Part shown: positions 38,846 to 49,121 of the stretch, piece after piece
Numbering within the stretch: the first letter of the stretch is position 1
Layout of the letters: the number at the start of each line of letters is the position of its first letter
Source: Candidatus Omnitrophota bacterium
GTDB lineage: Bacteria; Omnitrophota; Gorgyraeia; Gygaellales; Profunditerraquicolaceae
Direction: 5' to 3'
Length of the DNA: 64,000 bases
NCBI GenBank assembly: GCA_025453395.1
Contig: JALOQK010000002.1
Location: 21,625 to 85,624 of the forward strand
Position numbers and translations under genes: made by a program
The notes under the pieces: model-generated
Told to the model about the DNA's origin: nothing
Seen by the model: the letters and a program-made list of their open reading frames with translations, nothing else
Database searches by the model: none

Positions 38846-39088
38846 ATGGCGAAGAAATTAGCGAAGGTCGGTATCAAGAGGGAAAAAGGTTTCCTCTATT
38901 ACGTCGACAAGCAAGGTGACATTTCCTGCGCGAAGATGGCCAGAGGCAACAAAAAAGGCGGAAGCCCCAAGAAAGTTGCTAAATGCGGCATCAAGAGACA
39001 GGAAGGTTACTTGTATTTCGTTGACAAAAATGGAGACATCTCCTGCGCGGTAATGAAAAGAGGCGGGAAAAAGAAGAAAAAGAAGTAA
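38846..39088 (+). CDS. Small Lys-rich protein with two-fold internal repeat
   Basis: GGGGGTGA RBS; KKxAKxGIKRxxGxLYxVDKxGDISCAxMxRG occurs twice. Confidence 0.85.
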   Translation: MAKKLAKVGIKREKGFLYYVDKQGDISCAKMARGNKKGGSPKKVAKCGIKRQEGYLYFVDKNGDISCAVMKRGGKKKKKK

Positions 39089-39099
39089 AACAAAAACAA

Positions 39100-39154
39100 G
39101 GGGACGGTTCTATTTTTAAATAACTATTAAAGGTAGAAAAATAGAACCGTCCCC
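39100..39154. repeat. Perfect 18-bp inverted repeat with 19-nt spacer (terminator or REP-like)
   Basis: GGGGACGGTTCTATTTTT...AAAAATAGAACCGTCCCC. Confidence 0.85.
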
Positions 39155-39170
39155 AAGTTTTCTTTCTAAT

Positions 39171-41996
39171 ATGACTTCCAATATCATCATTCGCGGCGCC
39201 AAGGAACATAACTTAAAAAACATTTCTTTAGAGCTTCCGCGCAATAAATTGATTGTGGTTACCGGTTTATCCGGCTCAGGTAAATCAAGCCTTGTGTTTG
39301 ATACTATCTATGCCGAAGGCCAGCGCCGCTATGTGGAAAGCCTTTCCAGCTACGCCCGGCAGTTTTTAGGTCAGCTTCAGAAACCGGATGTGGAGTATAT
39401 TGAAGGCCTTTCTCCGGCAATTGCTATTGAACAAAGGACTGCTGGCGGTAACCCCCGTTCCACGGTAGCTACCCAAACCGAAATCTACGATTATTTGCGC
39501 CTTCTTTTTGCGCGTATCGGAGAGGTATCCTGTTATCAATGCGGCAGGTTTGTGAAGCGCCAGAGCGCCCAAGAGATCGTCCAGCAGGTTATGGAATTAG
39601 GCGAAGGCGCAAGCATTCAGATTTTAGCAAAAGTAATAAGCGGTAGAAAAGGGCAATATCGGCAGGAGTTTTCAAATCTTAAGAAGGCAGGTTTTATCCG
39701 CGCGCGCGTCGATGGTAAAATATATGAGTTGGATCAAAAAATAAATTTAGATAAATATAAAGCGCATAACATAGAAGTTCTGGTAGACAGGCTGACCATT
39801 GCGCCGGCTGTAAAGCCGCGGCTTACTGATTCCATAGAAACCGCGTTAAAGGCAGGCCAAGGCATTGTGGTTGTTGCCGCCAAGCTTTCTAGCGGTAAAG
39901 AAGCCGAATCAGTATATAGCCAGCACTATGCCTGCACAAACTGCGGCATAAGTTATACGGAAGTCCAGCCGCGCATTTTTTCTTTTAATTCTCCTTATGG
40001 GGCCTGCCCGGAATGTAACGGCTTGGGTACAAAATTTGAGTTTGACCTGGATTTGATCATCCCGGAGAAAGATAAATCTATCAATCAGGGCGCGCTTGCC
40101 GTCTGGAGGAGAGGCGGACGAGGCTATATTATGTATTACCGCTGGCTTTTGCGCGAGTTATCGCGCGAACTGGGGTTTAGTCTGGACACGCCTTTTAATA
40201 AGCTTAAGAAAGACACCCAGAAAGCGATCCTTTATGGTACGGATATCGAAATCGGCAGTAAGCCTTTTGAGGGGGTTATCCCGCACTTAGAAAGGCTTTT
40301 TAGGGACACCGACAGCGATTATTTAAAGCATGAAATATCCAAATTTATGTCTACGCTTGCCTGTCCGGGCTGTAATGGCGCGCGCCTTAAGAAAGAAAGC
40401 CTCAGCGTTAAGATAAAGGGCAAGAATATTTGGGAAGTAGCTCAGATGCCGATAAATAAGGCAAAGGAATTTTTCTCTTCCCTTAATTTAAGCGCCAAAG
40501 ATAAACTTATTGCCGCAGAATGCTTGAAACAGATAAATCAGCGTTTGCAGTTTTGTATTGATGTGGGGCTTGATTATTTAACTTTAGAGAGAAAAAGTTC
40601 CACTCTTTCCGGAGGAGAGGCGCAGCGAATCCGGCTTGCCACTCAAGTGGGTTCGCGCTTGGTAGGAGTTTTGTATGTTTTAGACGAGCCCAGTATCGGC
40701 CTGCACCAGCGGGATAATATTAAGCTTCTTTCAACATTGGAATCTTTGAGGGATTTAGGCAATACGGTATTAGTGGTGGAGCATGATGAATATACCATAA
40801 GAGCCGCTGACTATGTTGTGGATTTAGGCCCGGGCGCGGGGCTTCATGGAGGGCATGTAGTTTTTGCCGGTACCAATAAACAATTGCTGGAGAATAAACA
40901 GTGCTTAACCGCTAAATATTTACGCCGCGAATTGGATATTCCCATTCCAGAAAGCCGCCGCACTTTTGATCCTAATAGGGCCATTGAAATTAAAGGCGCC
41001 CGGCAGCATAACTTAAAGAATATTGATGTCAAATTTCCCATAGGCGCTTTTATTGCTGTGACAGGCGTTTCCGGTTCGGGGAAATCAACGCTTATAGAGG
41101 ATATACTGTATCGGGGGTTGAATCAGAAGATCTACAGTTCCCGCGAGAAACCCGGAGCGCACGATGAACTATTAGGGGCAGACCTTATAGACAAGGTTAT
41201 TGTCGTGGATCAGTCGCCTATTGGAAGAACGCCCCGTTCCAACCCCGCTACTTACACAGCAGTGTTTAGCCATATCCGTGATTTATTCAGCCGGCTTCCG
41301 GAAGCTAAGATGCGCGGATATAAGCCGGGAAGGTTTTCTTTTAATGTTAAAAGCGGGCGCTGTCAGGCATGCATGGGAGATGGAATCAAGAAAATAGAGA
41401 TGCATTTCTTGCCGGATGTCTATGTGAAATGCGATATCTGCAAGGGCAGGCGTTTTAATGATGCTACTTTAGAGGTTAAATATAAAGGAAAATCCATTGC
41501 TGATGTCTTGGAGATGACCGTCGAAGAAGCGGTTGTATTGTTTGAGAATATCCCGGTAATTAAAAATACCCTGTCATATCTGTATGATGTGGGTTTGGAA
41601 TATGTTCAATTGGGCCAGTCCTCCACTACTCTTTCCGGAGGCGAGGCGCAAAGAATTAAGCTTGCCAGTGAATTAAGCAAGCGTTCAACCGGGAAGACCT
41701 TATATATACTTGATGAGCCGACCACGGGCTTACATTTCGCGGATGTGCATAAGCTTATTACTGTGCTGCAGCGGCTGGTGGATAAAGGCAATACGGTTAT
41801 TGTTATTGAACATAATTTGGAAGTAGTAAAATGCGCGGATTATATTATTGATTTAGGGCCTGAAGGCGGCGATAAGGGGGGAGAGCTTGTTTTTTGCGGA
41901 ACCCCGGAAGATTTAGCAGGGTCAAAGAAATCCTATACGGGAGAGTTTTTAAGAAAGATATTGAAGGCGGGAAAAGGAAGTGATATAGTGAAATAA
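39171..41996 (+). CDS. uvrA: Excinuclease ABC subunit A
   Basis: [18 protein letters not shown], two LSGGEAQRI signatures, zinc fingers. Confidence 0.98.
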   Translation: MTSNIIIRGAKEHNLKNISLELPRNKLIVVTGLSGSGKSSLVFDTIYAEGQRRYVESLSSYARQFLGQLQKPDVEYIEGLSPAIAIEQRTAGGNPRSTVATQTEIYDYLRLLFARIGEVSCYQCGRFVKRQSAQEIVQQVMELGEGASIQILAKVISGRKGQYRQEFSNLKKAGFIRARVDGKIYELDQKINLDKYKAHNIEVLVDRLTIAPAVKPRLTDSIETALKAGQGIVVVAAKLSSGKEAESVYSQHYACTNCGISYTEVQPRIFSFNSPYGACPECNGLGTKFEFDLDLIIPEKDKSINQGALAVWRRGGRGYIMYYRWLLRELSRELGFSLDTPFNKLKKDTQKAILYGTDIEIGSKPFEGVIPHLERLFRDTDSDYLKHEISKFMSTLACPGCNGARLKKESLSVKIKGKNIWEVAQMPINKAKEFFSSLNLSAKDKLIAAECLKQINQRLQFCIDVGLDYLTLERKSSTLSGGEAQRIRLATQVGSRLVGVLYVLDEPSIGLHQRDNIKLLSTLESLRDLGNTVLVVEHDEYTIRAADYVVDLGPGAGLHGGHVVFAGTNKQLLENKQCLTAKYLRRELDIPIPESRRTFDPNRAIEIKGARQHNLKNIDVKFPIGAFIAVTGVSGSGKSTLIEDILYRGLNQKIYSSREKPGAHDELLGADLIDKVIVVDQSPIGRTPRSNPATYTAVFSHIRDLFSRLPEAKMRGYKPGRFSFNVKSGRCQACMGDGIKKIEMHFLPDVYVKCDICKGRRFNDATLEVKYKGKSIADVLEMTVEEAVVLFENIPVIKNTLSYLYDVGLEYVQLGQSSTTLSGGEAQRIKLASELSKRSTGKTLYILDEPTTGLHFADVHKLITVLQRLVDKGNTVIVIEHNLEVVKCADYIIDLGPEGGDKGGELVFCGTPEDLAGSKKSYTGEFLRKILKAGKGSDIVK

Positions 41997-42028
41997 GTAA
42001 AAAGTCAAAAGTAAAAAGTCAAAAGTAA
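41995..42028. repeat. Heptamer array (AAGTMAA)x5
   Basis: AAGTAAA AAGTCAA AAGTAAA AAGTCAA AAGTAA. Confidence 0.85.
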
Positions 42029-42044
42029 GAAGATTAAATTAAAA

Positions 42045-44552
42045 ATGAAAAGAAAGAATTTTATAATAAATATATTAATCACTCTAGGGGTGTTTCTATT
42101 TTCTAGTGTATACTGCGTAGCTTCTTATGCCCAGACTCAAGCTCAAAACTCCGAAGACAAAGAAGAAGAGGCGCTTTTTGTCGCCAAAAGAGCTTTGGAA
42201 GACGGATTTTATGACGTTTCTTTGGAGTTGTCAGAAAGGTTCCTCAAGAATTATCCGCAATCTGCCAAGCTGGCCAAAGCCCACCTTATCATCGGGCAGT
42301 CGTATTTCTATAAAAACGATTTTATTGCTGCTTTGCAGAAATTTGAATGGCTTATACAGCAGCCTTTTGCATCCGAGGTTAAAGATGAGATAATTTACTG
42401 GATAGCGGAAGTGCATTTCCGGGGAAATGATTTTATCAAGGCATCCTCTTATTATAAACAGATCGTGGATGGCTATCCTAATTCCAAATATCTGGGATTG
42501 GCGTATTATTCGCTTGGTTGGTGCGATTTTCAGGCTCAGGAATATAAGAGTGCCCTTTCTTATTTTAAAACTGTTGAAGAAAAATTCCCCCAGGATACTT
42601 TCTGGAGGGAGGCAAGTTTTAAAATATTCGAATGTTTATATAACTTAAAAGATTACAGGCTTCTTAAGGAGAAAATTGACGCGAATGTCAAGTCGTACTC
42701 CAAAGATAGCGCTAAGTCTGGTTACCTGTATTTTTATCTGGCAGAATCAGATTATTATTTAGGCGATTTTGCCGCTTCTCTCGAGGCTTACCAGAAGGTT
42801 TTATCTTTATCAGGCGACGATAAGATGCAAGGTTTATCTAAGCTGGGCATGGGATGGGCGTATCTTAAATTAAAAAAATACAAAGAGGCAAAAGAGGTTT
42901 TAGAAAGCATCCCTTTTGATAAGCTTGAGAAAGCCAGCCAAAATGCCTTGTATCTTGCCAAAGGCATTCTTATGATAGAGACAGAAGAATATGGCCAGGC
43001 AAGGGATATTTACGACAAGCTTATTCTGGAGGCTTCTGATCCGGTAGTGCTTATCCAGGGGTATATAGGAAAAGCCGATGCCTTGTATAACTTGGGGGAT
43101 TATAAGGGTGCGGTTGATGTTTATCAGGAGGCGCAGGGGAAATTGCCAGAAGGCCTCTCAAGCGACATAAGCGATAAATTTCATTATGGTTTTGCCTGGG
43201 CCTATCTTAAAGAAGGAAAATTCAAGGCAGCCATAGGCCAGTTCCAGAGGATAGTTAAACAAAGCGAAGATAAGACGATCAAAGTCTCCGCGCTGTGCCA
43301 AATAGGAGATGCTTATTTTGAGCAGGGTGACTACGCAAAAGCGCAGGAAGCCTATAATAGCATACTTAAAGATTACCGGGGAAGTTTCTATGAGGATTAT
43401 GTGCAATATCAGCTGGGCCTGACTATGTTAAAAACTTCTAATTACGATTCCGCGGCGGTTGTTTTCCAGAACCTGAAAAGCAAGTATCCGGATTCCAAAC
43501 TTCTTGATGATGCTTCTTATGCTTTGGGTTTAAGTTATTTCCAGCGTGAAAATTATCAGGCCAGCAAAGAAATTTTCTCTAAGTTCCAAGATGAATTTAA
43601 AGACAGCCCATTAGCTTCTCAGGCAATGTATTTATGGGCAGTAAGCCTGTATAACCTGGGCTCTTACAATGAAGCGATAGAGGTATTTAAGAATATTATT
43701 CGCGTTTACAATCAGGATATCCAGCTTCTTCAAAAATCAGAATATCAAATAGCGGATTGCTTGTACCATCTGGGCGACGAGAAAGAGGCAATGCAGCGTT
43801 TTAATGCCTTGCGCACAAAATACCCGGATTCATCGCTTACCTCGGAAGTGGTTTGGTGGCTGGCGGAATATTATTACCGCAATAATGACTTGAATATGGC
43901 TAAGCGCTATTTTGCTTCATTGACCCAGGATTTTCCTAAAGCAAGTTTAGCCCCCAATGCTTACTATGCGTTAGGCGCCATTTATGACCAGGAAGGCAAT
44001 TACGACGAAGCGATTAAGAATTTTCAAAAGGTCGTAGAGTTTGGCAAATCTGAATTATCTGCCACCGCTTCAGTAGCCATAGCAGACCTTTATTTGAAAG
44101 AAAAAAAGACTGAAACGGCGGTTAAGGCCTACAACCAGGTCTTGCAAGATTATCCCAATCTTTCAGGCCTTGTTTATCCTAAGATCGCTCAAGGCTATCA
44201 GGACCAGGGTAATTACGATGAGGCGGTGAATTTCTACCATAAGAGCCAGGAGGTGGTCCCTTCAAGCGAGATGGCCTCAATCCAGTTTAAAATAGCCGAG
44301 ATTGATGAAGTAAGAGGCAGGTATGACCAGGCTATTGAAGAATATTTGAAGCTGGCTTATTTGTATCCCGATGATGTAAAATTAAGCCTAAAGGCGCTTT
44401 TAAGGGTAGCGGCCATTTACGAGAATAAGGAAGATTTTGAGCAGGCAGTCAGCACTTACAAAAAAATATCCGCGATGAATGTGGATGAAAGCAAATATGC
44501 CGATGAAAGAATAGGTTTTATCAATAAACAATATCTAAAAAAGGAGCAGTAA
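42045..44552 (+). CDS. Large exported tetratricopeptide-repeat protein
   Basis: Signal/TM N-terminus; many TPR units with YPxS loops. Confidence 0.88.
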   Translation: MKRKNFIINILITLGVFLFSSVYCVASYAQTQAQNSEDKEEEALFVAKRALEDGFYDVSLELSERFLKNYPQSAKLAKAHLIIGQSYFYKNDFIAALQKFEWLIQQPFASEVKDEIIYWIAEVHFRGNDFIKASSYYKQIVDGYPNSKYLGLAYYSLGWCDFQAQEYKSALSYFKTVEEKFPQDTFWREASFKIFECLYNLKDYRLLKEKIDANVKSYSKDSAKSGYLYFYLAESDYYLGDFAASLEAYQKVLSLSGDDKMQGLSKLGMGWAYLKLKKYKEAKEVLESIPFDKLEKASQNALYLAKGILMIETEEYGQARDIYDKLILEASDPVVLIQGYIGKADALYNLGDYKGAVDVYQEAQGKLPEGLSSDISDKFHYGFAWAYLKEGKFKAAIGQFQRIVKQSEDKTIKVSALCQIGDAYFEQGDYAKAQEAYNSILKDYRGSFYEDYVQYQLGLTMLKTSNYDSAAVVFQNLKSKYPDSKLLDDASYALGLSYFQRENYQASKEIFSKFQDEFKDSPLASQAMYLWAVSLYNLGSYNEAIEVFKNIIRVYNQDIQLLQKSEYQIADCLYHLGDEKEAMQRFNALRTKYPDSSLTSEVVWWLAEYYYRNNDLNMAKRYFASLTQDFPKASLAPNAYYALGAIYDQEGNYDEAIKNFQKVVEFGKSELSATASVAIADLYLKEKKTETAVKAYNQVLQDYPNLSGLVYPKIAQGYQDQGNYDEAVNFYHKSQEVVPSSEMASIQFKIAEIDEVRGRYDQAIEEYLKLAYLYPDDVKLSLKALLRVAAIYENKEDFEQAVSTYKKISAMNVDESKYADERIGFINKQYLKKEQ

Positions 44553-44553
44553 T

Positions 44554-45186
44554 ATGGAATTGTATAAAATGAGCCTATGGAATATCTTTTTGGCTGGCGG
44601 CCCGGTAATGTGGCCGATACTTCTGTGTTCTATCTTTGCCTTGGCTATTATTCTGGAAAAGCTTTGGGACCTGCGCCGGATGAAGATAGACGAAGAGGGT
44701 ATCTTAAAAGGCATCTTGGATAAGATGAAGCATCATCAGGTCAAGGAGGCGCTGGAAATCTGCGATAAGACGGAAAGCCCGGTTACTAATATTTTAAAAG
44801 CCGGCATCCTGAAATATGACCGCCCCAGGGCCCAGATCAAAGAGGCCATTGAAGACGCTTCTTTGCATGAAATGCCGCGGCTGGAAAAGAACCTTTCCGC
44901 GTTAGCCACTATCGCGCATATATCCCCGCTTTTAGGGCTTTTAGGGACAGTTACCGGAATGGTCAGGTGCTTTCAGACTATCCAAGCTAAGGCTACAAGT
45001 TTTCATCCTGTGTCTCCTGGAGACCTGGCAGGGGGGATTTGGGAAGCGCTTCTTACTACTGTGGCAGGGTTGATCGTGGCGATACCGGCGTTTGTCGCTT
45101 ACAACTATCTGGTCAATAAGGTAAACAATTTTATTTTTGAAATGGAAAAAGCGGCCACGGAATTGGTAAATTTCTTAACCGAATAA
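44554..45186 (+). CDS. MotA/TolQ/ExbB proton channel family protein
   Basis: GGPVMWPI, SPLLGLLGTVTGM, GIWEALLTTVAGL. Confidence 0.93.
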   Translation: MELYKMSLWNIFLAGGPVMWPILLCSIFALAIILEKLWDLRRMKIDEEGILKGILDKMKHHQVKEALEICDKTESPVTNILKAGILKYDRPRAQIKEAIEDASLHEMPRLEKNLSALATIAHISPLLGLLGTVTGMVRCFQTIQAKATSFHPVSPGDLAGGIWEALLTTVAGLIVAIPAFVAYNYLVNKVNNFIFEMEKAATELVNFLTE

Positions 45187-45259
45187 AAGGCCGCTATGCG
45201 TACCTTTGCCTATCTGAAGGCAAAGTACGCATTCACAAAGTCTATAGAAAGGTTTAACT

Positions 45260-45661
45260 ATGCGCTTTAGAAAACATATGAAATTAGAGCATGGGCTTAA
45301 GCAGATAGATATAGCCCCGCTTATAGATGTTGTTTTCCAGCTTCTTATATTTTTCATGCTTACTTCAAGTTTCGTGATACAGCCGGGGATCAAGGTAAAC
45401 CTGCCTAAGGCGGTGACAAGCGAGACACTGAAGGCGGAAAATATCGACATAGTTGTTTCTAATGAAAATGTGGTTTACTTAGACGGGAAAGTAGTTACCT
45501 TAGCGGAGCTAAAGAATATATTTAAGCGCGCCAGTTCCAAGAACAATTCTGTGTTGATTAAATCCGACAGAAGGGCATCTTTAGGCAGGATAGTTGAGAT
45601 TTGGGACATGGCCAGAGACGGCGGGATAACCCAGATTAATATCGCCACCAATCAGGAATGA
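45260..45661 (+). CDS. ExbD/TolR family protein
   Basis: IAPLIDVVFQLLIFFML. Confidence 0.93.
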   Translation: MRFRKHMKLEHGLKQIDIAPLIDVVFQLLIFFMLTSSFVIQPGIKVNLPKAVTSETLKAENIDIVVSNENVVYLDGKVVTLAELKNIFKRASSKNNSVLIKSDRRASLGRIVEIWDMARDGGITQINIATNQE

Positions 45662-46296
45662 GCGTTTGCCTTTGTTCCAGAAAAAGTTTTATTTTTTCAT
45701 TGGCAGGCCACATTTTTGTTTTTGCCGCTTTTTCATTTTCATTCGGCAGAATTCCGGTTGATTTAAGAGGTTTTAATGTTTCTTCTTTTGGGGGCATACT
45801 TAATAGATATGATTTGGCAGCTGAAGTTAAGCGCCCCTATCTGGATGTAAAGAAAGCTTTCTTGAAATCCCATTATTTTGTCCCCGCGCCAAGAATGGAA
45901 AACGCGGAAAACTTTTTAAATAACTACCACCTAAAACCCGCAGTTAAGCAGGGACTTATTTTTAGCTCTAATAAATCTTTTGCAGGGCTTTCAGGATCAG
46001 CCTCTTGCCCATATAAAAGAAAGATTCAGACTTCAACAGTAATACTGTATCCGCAGCTGCCGCATTACTTCGGTATTTATTTCCGCAATCAGCAAAAGGC
46101 GCACATTGAATTGGAGTATATGGTTACCCCCAGACAGATGGCCGGCTTTATTACCGTAAGGCGGAAGATCTCTTCCGGGGATTTGGAGATGGACCTTTTG
46201 TGCGCGCGTTATATAAGCCAGTATCTTTCTACCCAGCAGGATAAAATCTCGTCCGGTGTTTGGCATAAGGTAAAGATAGAATTGGGGGCTAAGTAA
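45658..46296 (+). CDS. Membrane-anchored protein, possibly degenerate TonB-like
   Basis: N-terminal TM with S-x3-H; C-terminal ...SSGDLEMD resembling TonB_C; follows exbD. Confidence 0.5.
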   Translation: MSVCLCSRKSFIFSLAGHIFVFAAFSFSFGRIPVDLRGFNVSSFGGILNRYDLAAEVKRPYLDVKKAFLKSHYFVPAPRMENAENFLNNYHLKPAVKQGLIFSSNKSFAGLSGSASCPYKRKIQTSTVILYPQLPHYFGIYFRNQQKAHIELEYMVTPRQMAGFITVRRKISSGDLEMDLLCARYISQYLSTQQDKISSGVWHKVKIELGAK

Positions 46297-46517
46297 TGTT
46301 CACTTTGGATTTTTCATTAGCGCTTGGCTTGTATTGTTTGCTTTTCACGGTTGTGTCCCTGGTTTTCTGGCTTTGGAATAAGGCCCCTAAGAAACGCGTG
46401 CTTTCTCTGGAGGAGAAATATATCTGGTTTTGTTCTGTTTGCACGTACACTTATGTTAATACTAAAGAAGAGTTTATATCTATCTGCCCGCGTTGCGGCA
46501 ATTATAATAAAAAATAG
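46296..46517 (+). CDS. Small membrane protein with zinc ribbon
   Basis: TM helix followed by CSVC...CPRC. Confidence 0.7.
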   Translation: MFTLDFSLALGLYCLLFTVVSLVFWLWNKAPKKRVLSLEEKYIWFCSVCTYTYVNTKEEFISICPRCGNYNKK

Positions 46518-46547
46518 TTGACGCGTCCGCTCGAAGTAGCTTATAAT
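46518..46547 (+). promoter_or_regulatory. Putative sigma70 promoter
   Basis: TTGACG-18nt-TATAAT. Confidence 0.55.
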
Positions 46548-46595
46548 AAAACCAATATCAAAGGGATTCTTCACGAAAGATAAGGAGGAATTTTA

Positions 46596-46802
46596 ATGAT
46601 CACTGAAATCGGAATTATTGCCGGAGATATCTGGCATTTCCTTGACCAGCACGGAGAGGTTTCTTTGGAAAATCTTGTCAAGGGCATAGATAAATCTCGT
46701 GATAATGTGCTGATGAGTTTAGGTTGGCTTGCCCGTGAGGGTCATGTCCTTGTGCAATCGCAAGGAAGCGGCTATACCGTGTGCTTAAGGAAAAATGATT
46801 AG
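46596..46802 (+). CDS. Winged-helix protein (DUF2582-like)
   Basis: IGIIAGDIWHFL...SLGWLAREG; AAGGAGG RBS. Confidence 0.85.
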   Translation: MITEIGIIAGDIWHFLDQHGEVSLENLVKGIDKSRDNVLMSLGWLAREGHVLVQSQGSGYTVCLRKND

Positions 46803-47193
46803 GGTCCATCTCCAAAGATCAAGCGTGCTGCTTGTTACCTTATTTATTGTGCTTATCGCGGTGATCTTGGCGCAGGTTATGTTATCTATTCTAAGAAGCC
46901 ACTCCCGCCTTTCCCATCATCAAGTAAGCAGGATCCAGGCCCAGTATGCTGCCATGGCAGGGGTGGTTTATGCTTATGATAGCTTAAGAAGTGGGCATTT
47001 GTCATCTAGCGATTGCCCAGAAGGTAATTCAAATCCAAAGTGCCGGGTAGATGATAATAATTTCCCCGTTTGCATAAAGGATAAAAGAGTAAAAATTATT
47101 CTTTGCCCCGCAGGCGCCACCTGTGCGGGTAAAACCTGCCCTGTCTCAAATAATCTCTGCATCTATTCTACCGCAGAGTATACCTATAATTAA
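46795..47193 (+). CDS. PilX-like minor pilin, Cys-rich
   Basis: Hydrophobic N-terminal helix, QAQYAAMAGV motif. Confidence 0.6.
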   Translation: MIRVHLQRSSVLLVTLFIVLIAVILAQVMLSILRSHSRLSHHQVSRIQAQYAAMAGVVYAYDSLRSGHLSSSDCPEGNSNPKCRVDDNNFPVCIKDKRVKIILCPAGATCAGKTCPVSNNLCIYSTAEYTYN

Positions 47194-47282
47194 GTCTAAG
47201 TAAGTCTAAGTAAATCTATCGTATTTCTGTTAGTCATCTTTTCCGGCGGAGTATACTGCTATAAGTAAGTCCAAGTAAGTCT
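47191..47282. repeat. Two clusters of 10-bp direct repeats (TAAGTCTAAG)
   Basis: TAAGTCTAAG TAAGTCTAAG TAAATCTA at 47191..47218; TAAGTAAGTCCAAGTAAGTCT at 47262..47282. Confidence 0.8.
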
Positions 47283-47296
47283 GCATAAAAAAACAC

Positions 47297-47325
47297 TTGA
47301 CAAAATAAGTTTTTGATGTTTTAAT
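47297..47325 (+). promoter_or_regulatory. Putative promoter of the pilus operon
   Basis: TTGACA-17nt-TTTAAT with TG extension. Confidence 0.5.
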
Positions 47326-47375
47326 GAACTCCACTGTTATTTGAATAAGAATAAAGCAGAATACATAGGGATTAT

Positions 47376-47564
47376 ATGCCAAGACTTATAGACATTGATG
47401 AGTTAGCAGAATATCTGAAATTAAAGAAGCAGACGATTTATAATTGGCTGCACGAAAGAAAGATTTCAGGTATTAAGGTTGGCGGGGTCTGGAGATTTGA
47501 CCGCCGCGAGGTAGACGCCTGGCTTAGGAGCAGACGGCGTTTATCTACAACAGGAGATAAATAA
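47376..47564 (+). CDS. Excisionase/HTH_17 (MerR-like) DNA-binding protein
   Basis: IDELAEYLKLKKQTIYNW...GIKVGGVWRF. Confidence 0.9.
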   Translation: MPRLIDIDELAEYLKLKKQTIYNWLHERKISGIKVGGVWRFDRREVDAWLRSRRRLSTTGDK

Positions 47565-49108
47565 TGGCCAATTCATTAGGGATTTATTTTGGCACAAGCC
47601 TTATAGCTTTAATAGAGGTAAAAGGGAAAAAGATCATTAAACAGATCAATATCCCACGCGCGCTTATTTCCGGGAAAGATCTGGAAGAAAAGGTCCCCGA
47701 AGAAGTTAAGATCGTGGCTTTCTTAAAAGAAGAATTACGCCGCAACAAAATTGAAGCCAAAGAAGCGATTATGTCATTGTCTGGGCAAGATATGATAATC
47801 CGCACCTTTGAAACGCCCGTTCTTCCTGCTGGTGAACTTGCCAGCGTGGTTAATTTTGAAGTCAAGAAGTACATCCCCTTTAAGACTGAAGATCTGGTAT
47901 CGGATTTTCAGGTCAAATTTGACCGCGCCAACCGCAAGAACAATGTATTATATACAGGCATTAAAAAAGAATCTTTGAATAAATACTTGGCGGTGGTGGA
48001 GCAGCTGGGGTTAAAGCTTATTAATATTGAATATGGGGGTTTTAGCCTCTTAAGGTTCATGCGCCTGACTAATCTTATGCAAAAAGGGATAGTAGGCGTA
48101 TTGAGCATGGATTTTTCTGAAGATGAAGAGATTAATTTCACGGTTGTCGAGGATGGATTCCCGCTTTTTAGCAGGGATATTACTCTTTCGTCGGTTAGCG
48201 AGGACTTGACCAGAAAAACTGAAATGTCCATGCCGCAGATAATAGAGAAATTAAAGACAGAGATCAGGATTTCTCTGGATTATTATAACCGGAAATTTCA
48301 GTCACGCAAAATCCAGAAGATGCTTTTCTTGTGCAATGATGAACAGCGGCATGATCTGGAACTATTGCTTAAAGAGATGCTTGTCCCGGCTGTTTTTGTG
48401 GACAGCCATAGGTATATCGGAAAGGCCAGGCATTACAGCTTAAGTTTTATAAAATGTTATGGCACCGCGATCATGAAATGCATCAAGGACAATATTAAGG
48501 TAAATATAATCTCGGCTAAGTCCAAGGCTTTTACGCAGAAAGAAAGAGAAATTGAAGATCAACTTGATTTCGGCGCGTTCTTCAGCGATTTTCAGGTTGA
48601 CCCAAAGTTTATCGCAATAGGCGTATTAGCTTGTTTGGGGATTTGGGGCTTGGGGCAATACCAGCAGTTTCCCGTAAGGCATGACCTTGATACGGTGATC
48701 TCTTTGAGGCCTCAGTTACCCAGTGTGGGCCCAAGCGCCACTTTGCAGAGTTTAGTTGATATGGAGCAGGAGAGCAAAAATAAAATTAATGCTTTGCACA
48801 AAGCAGTGATGCAGCAGCTATATCTTACGGATACCCTGGATGTCCTGCCGCGGCTTATCCCGGATGATATAATGCTTACGCGCATAAATTACAGAAAAGG
48901 TGAAAATAGCACAGAAGTAAACATTGACGGGATTGTTTTCTTAGGCGATAGCGACAAAGAGCGCAAGGAAGTTAACGCCTTTTTGGCAGCCTTAAAGCAG
49001 GATCCGTCTTTGAGCAGGGTTTTTAAGGAAATGTCTATTACCTATATAGACCATGCTACAATGGAAAAGGCCGAAGTCACAAAATTTAATCTTTTATTAA
49101 AAGGTTAG
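47564..49108 (+). CDS. PilM-PilN-like fusion protein
   Basis: Actin-like PilM features (LGIYFG, FEVKKYIPF, EIRISLDYY), then TM helix and PilN-like domain (LPRLIPDDIMLT). Confidence 0.75.
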   Translation: MANSLGIYFGTSLIALIEVKGKKIIKQINIPRALISGKDLEEKVPEEVKIVAFLKEELRRNKIEAKEAIMSLSGQDMIIRTFETPVLPAGELASVVNFEVKKYIPFKTEDLVSDFQVKFDRANRKNNVLYTGIKKESLNKYLAVVEQLGLKLINIEYGGFSLLRFMRLTNLMQKGIVGVLSMDFSEDEEINFTVVEDGFPLFSRDITLSSVSEDLTRKTEMSMPQIIEKLKTEIRISLDYYNRKFQSRKIQKMLFLCNDEQRHDLELLLKEMLVPAVFVDSHRYIGKARHYSLSFIKCYGTAIMKCIKDNIKVNIISAKSKAFTQKEREIEDQLDFGAFFSDFQVDPKFIAIGVLACLGIWGLGQYQQFPVRHDLDTVISLRPQLPSVGPSATLQSLVDMEQESKNKINALHKAVMQQLYLTDTLDVLPRLIPDDIMLTRINYRKGENSTEVNIDGIVFLGDSDKERKEVNAFLAALKQDPSLSRVFKEMSITYIDHATMEKAEVTKFNLLLKG

Positions 49109-49121
49109 AACAGAGGGTTTT

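Noticed and set aside
47376-47564. Prophage or integrative element implied by the excisionase-like gene
   Set aside because: No integrase, att repeat or phage genes; the gene is coupled to pilMN.
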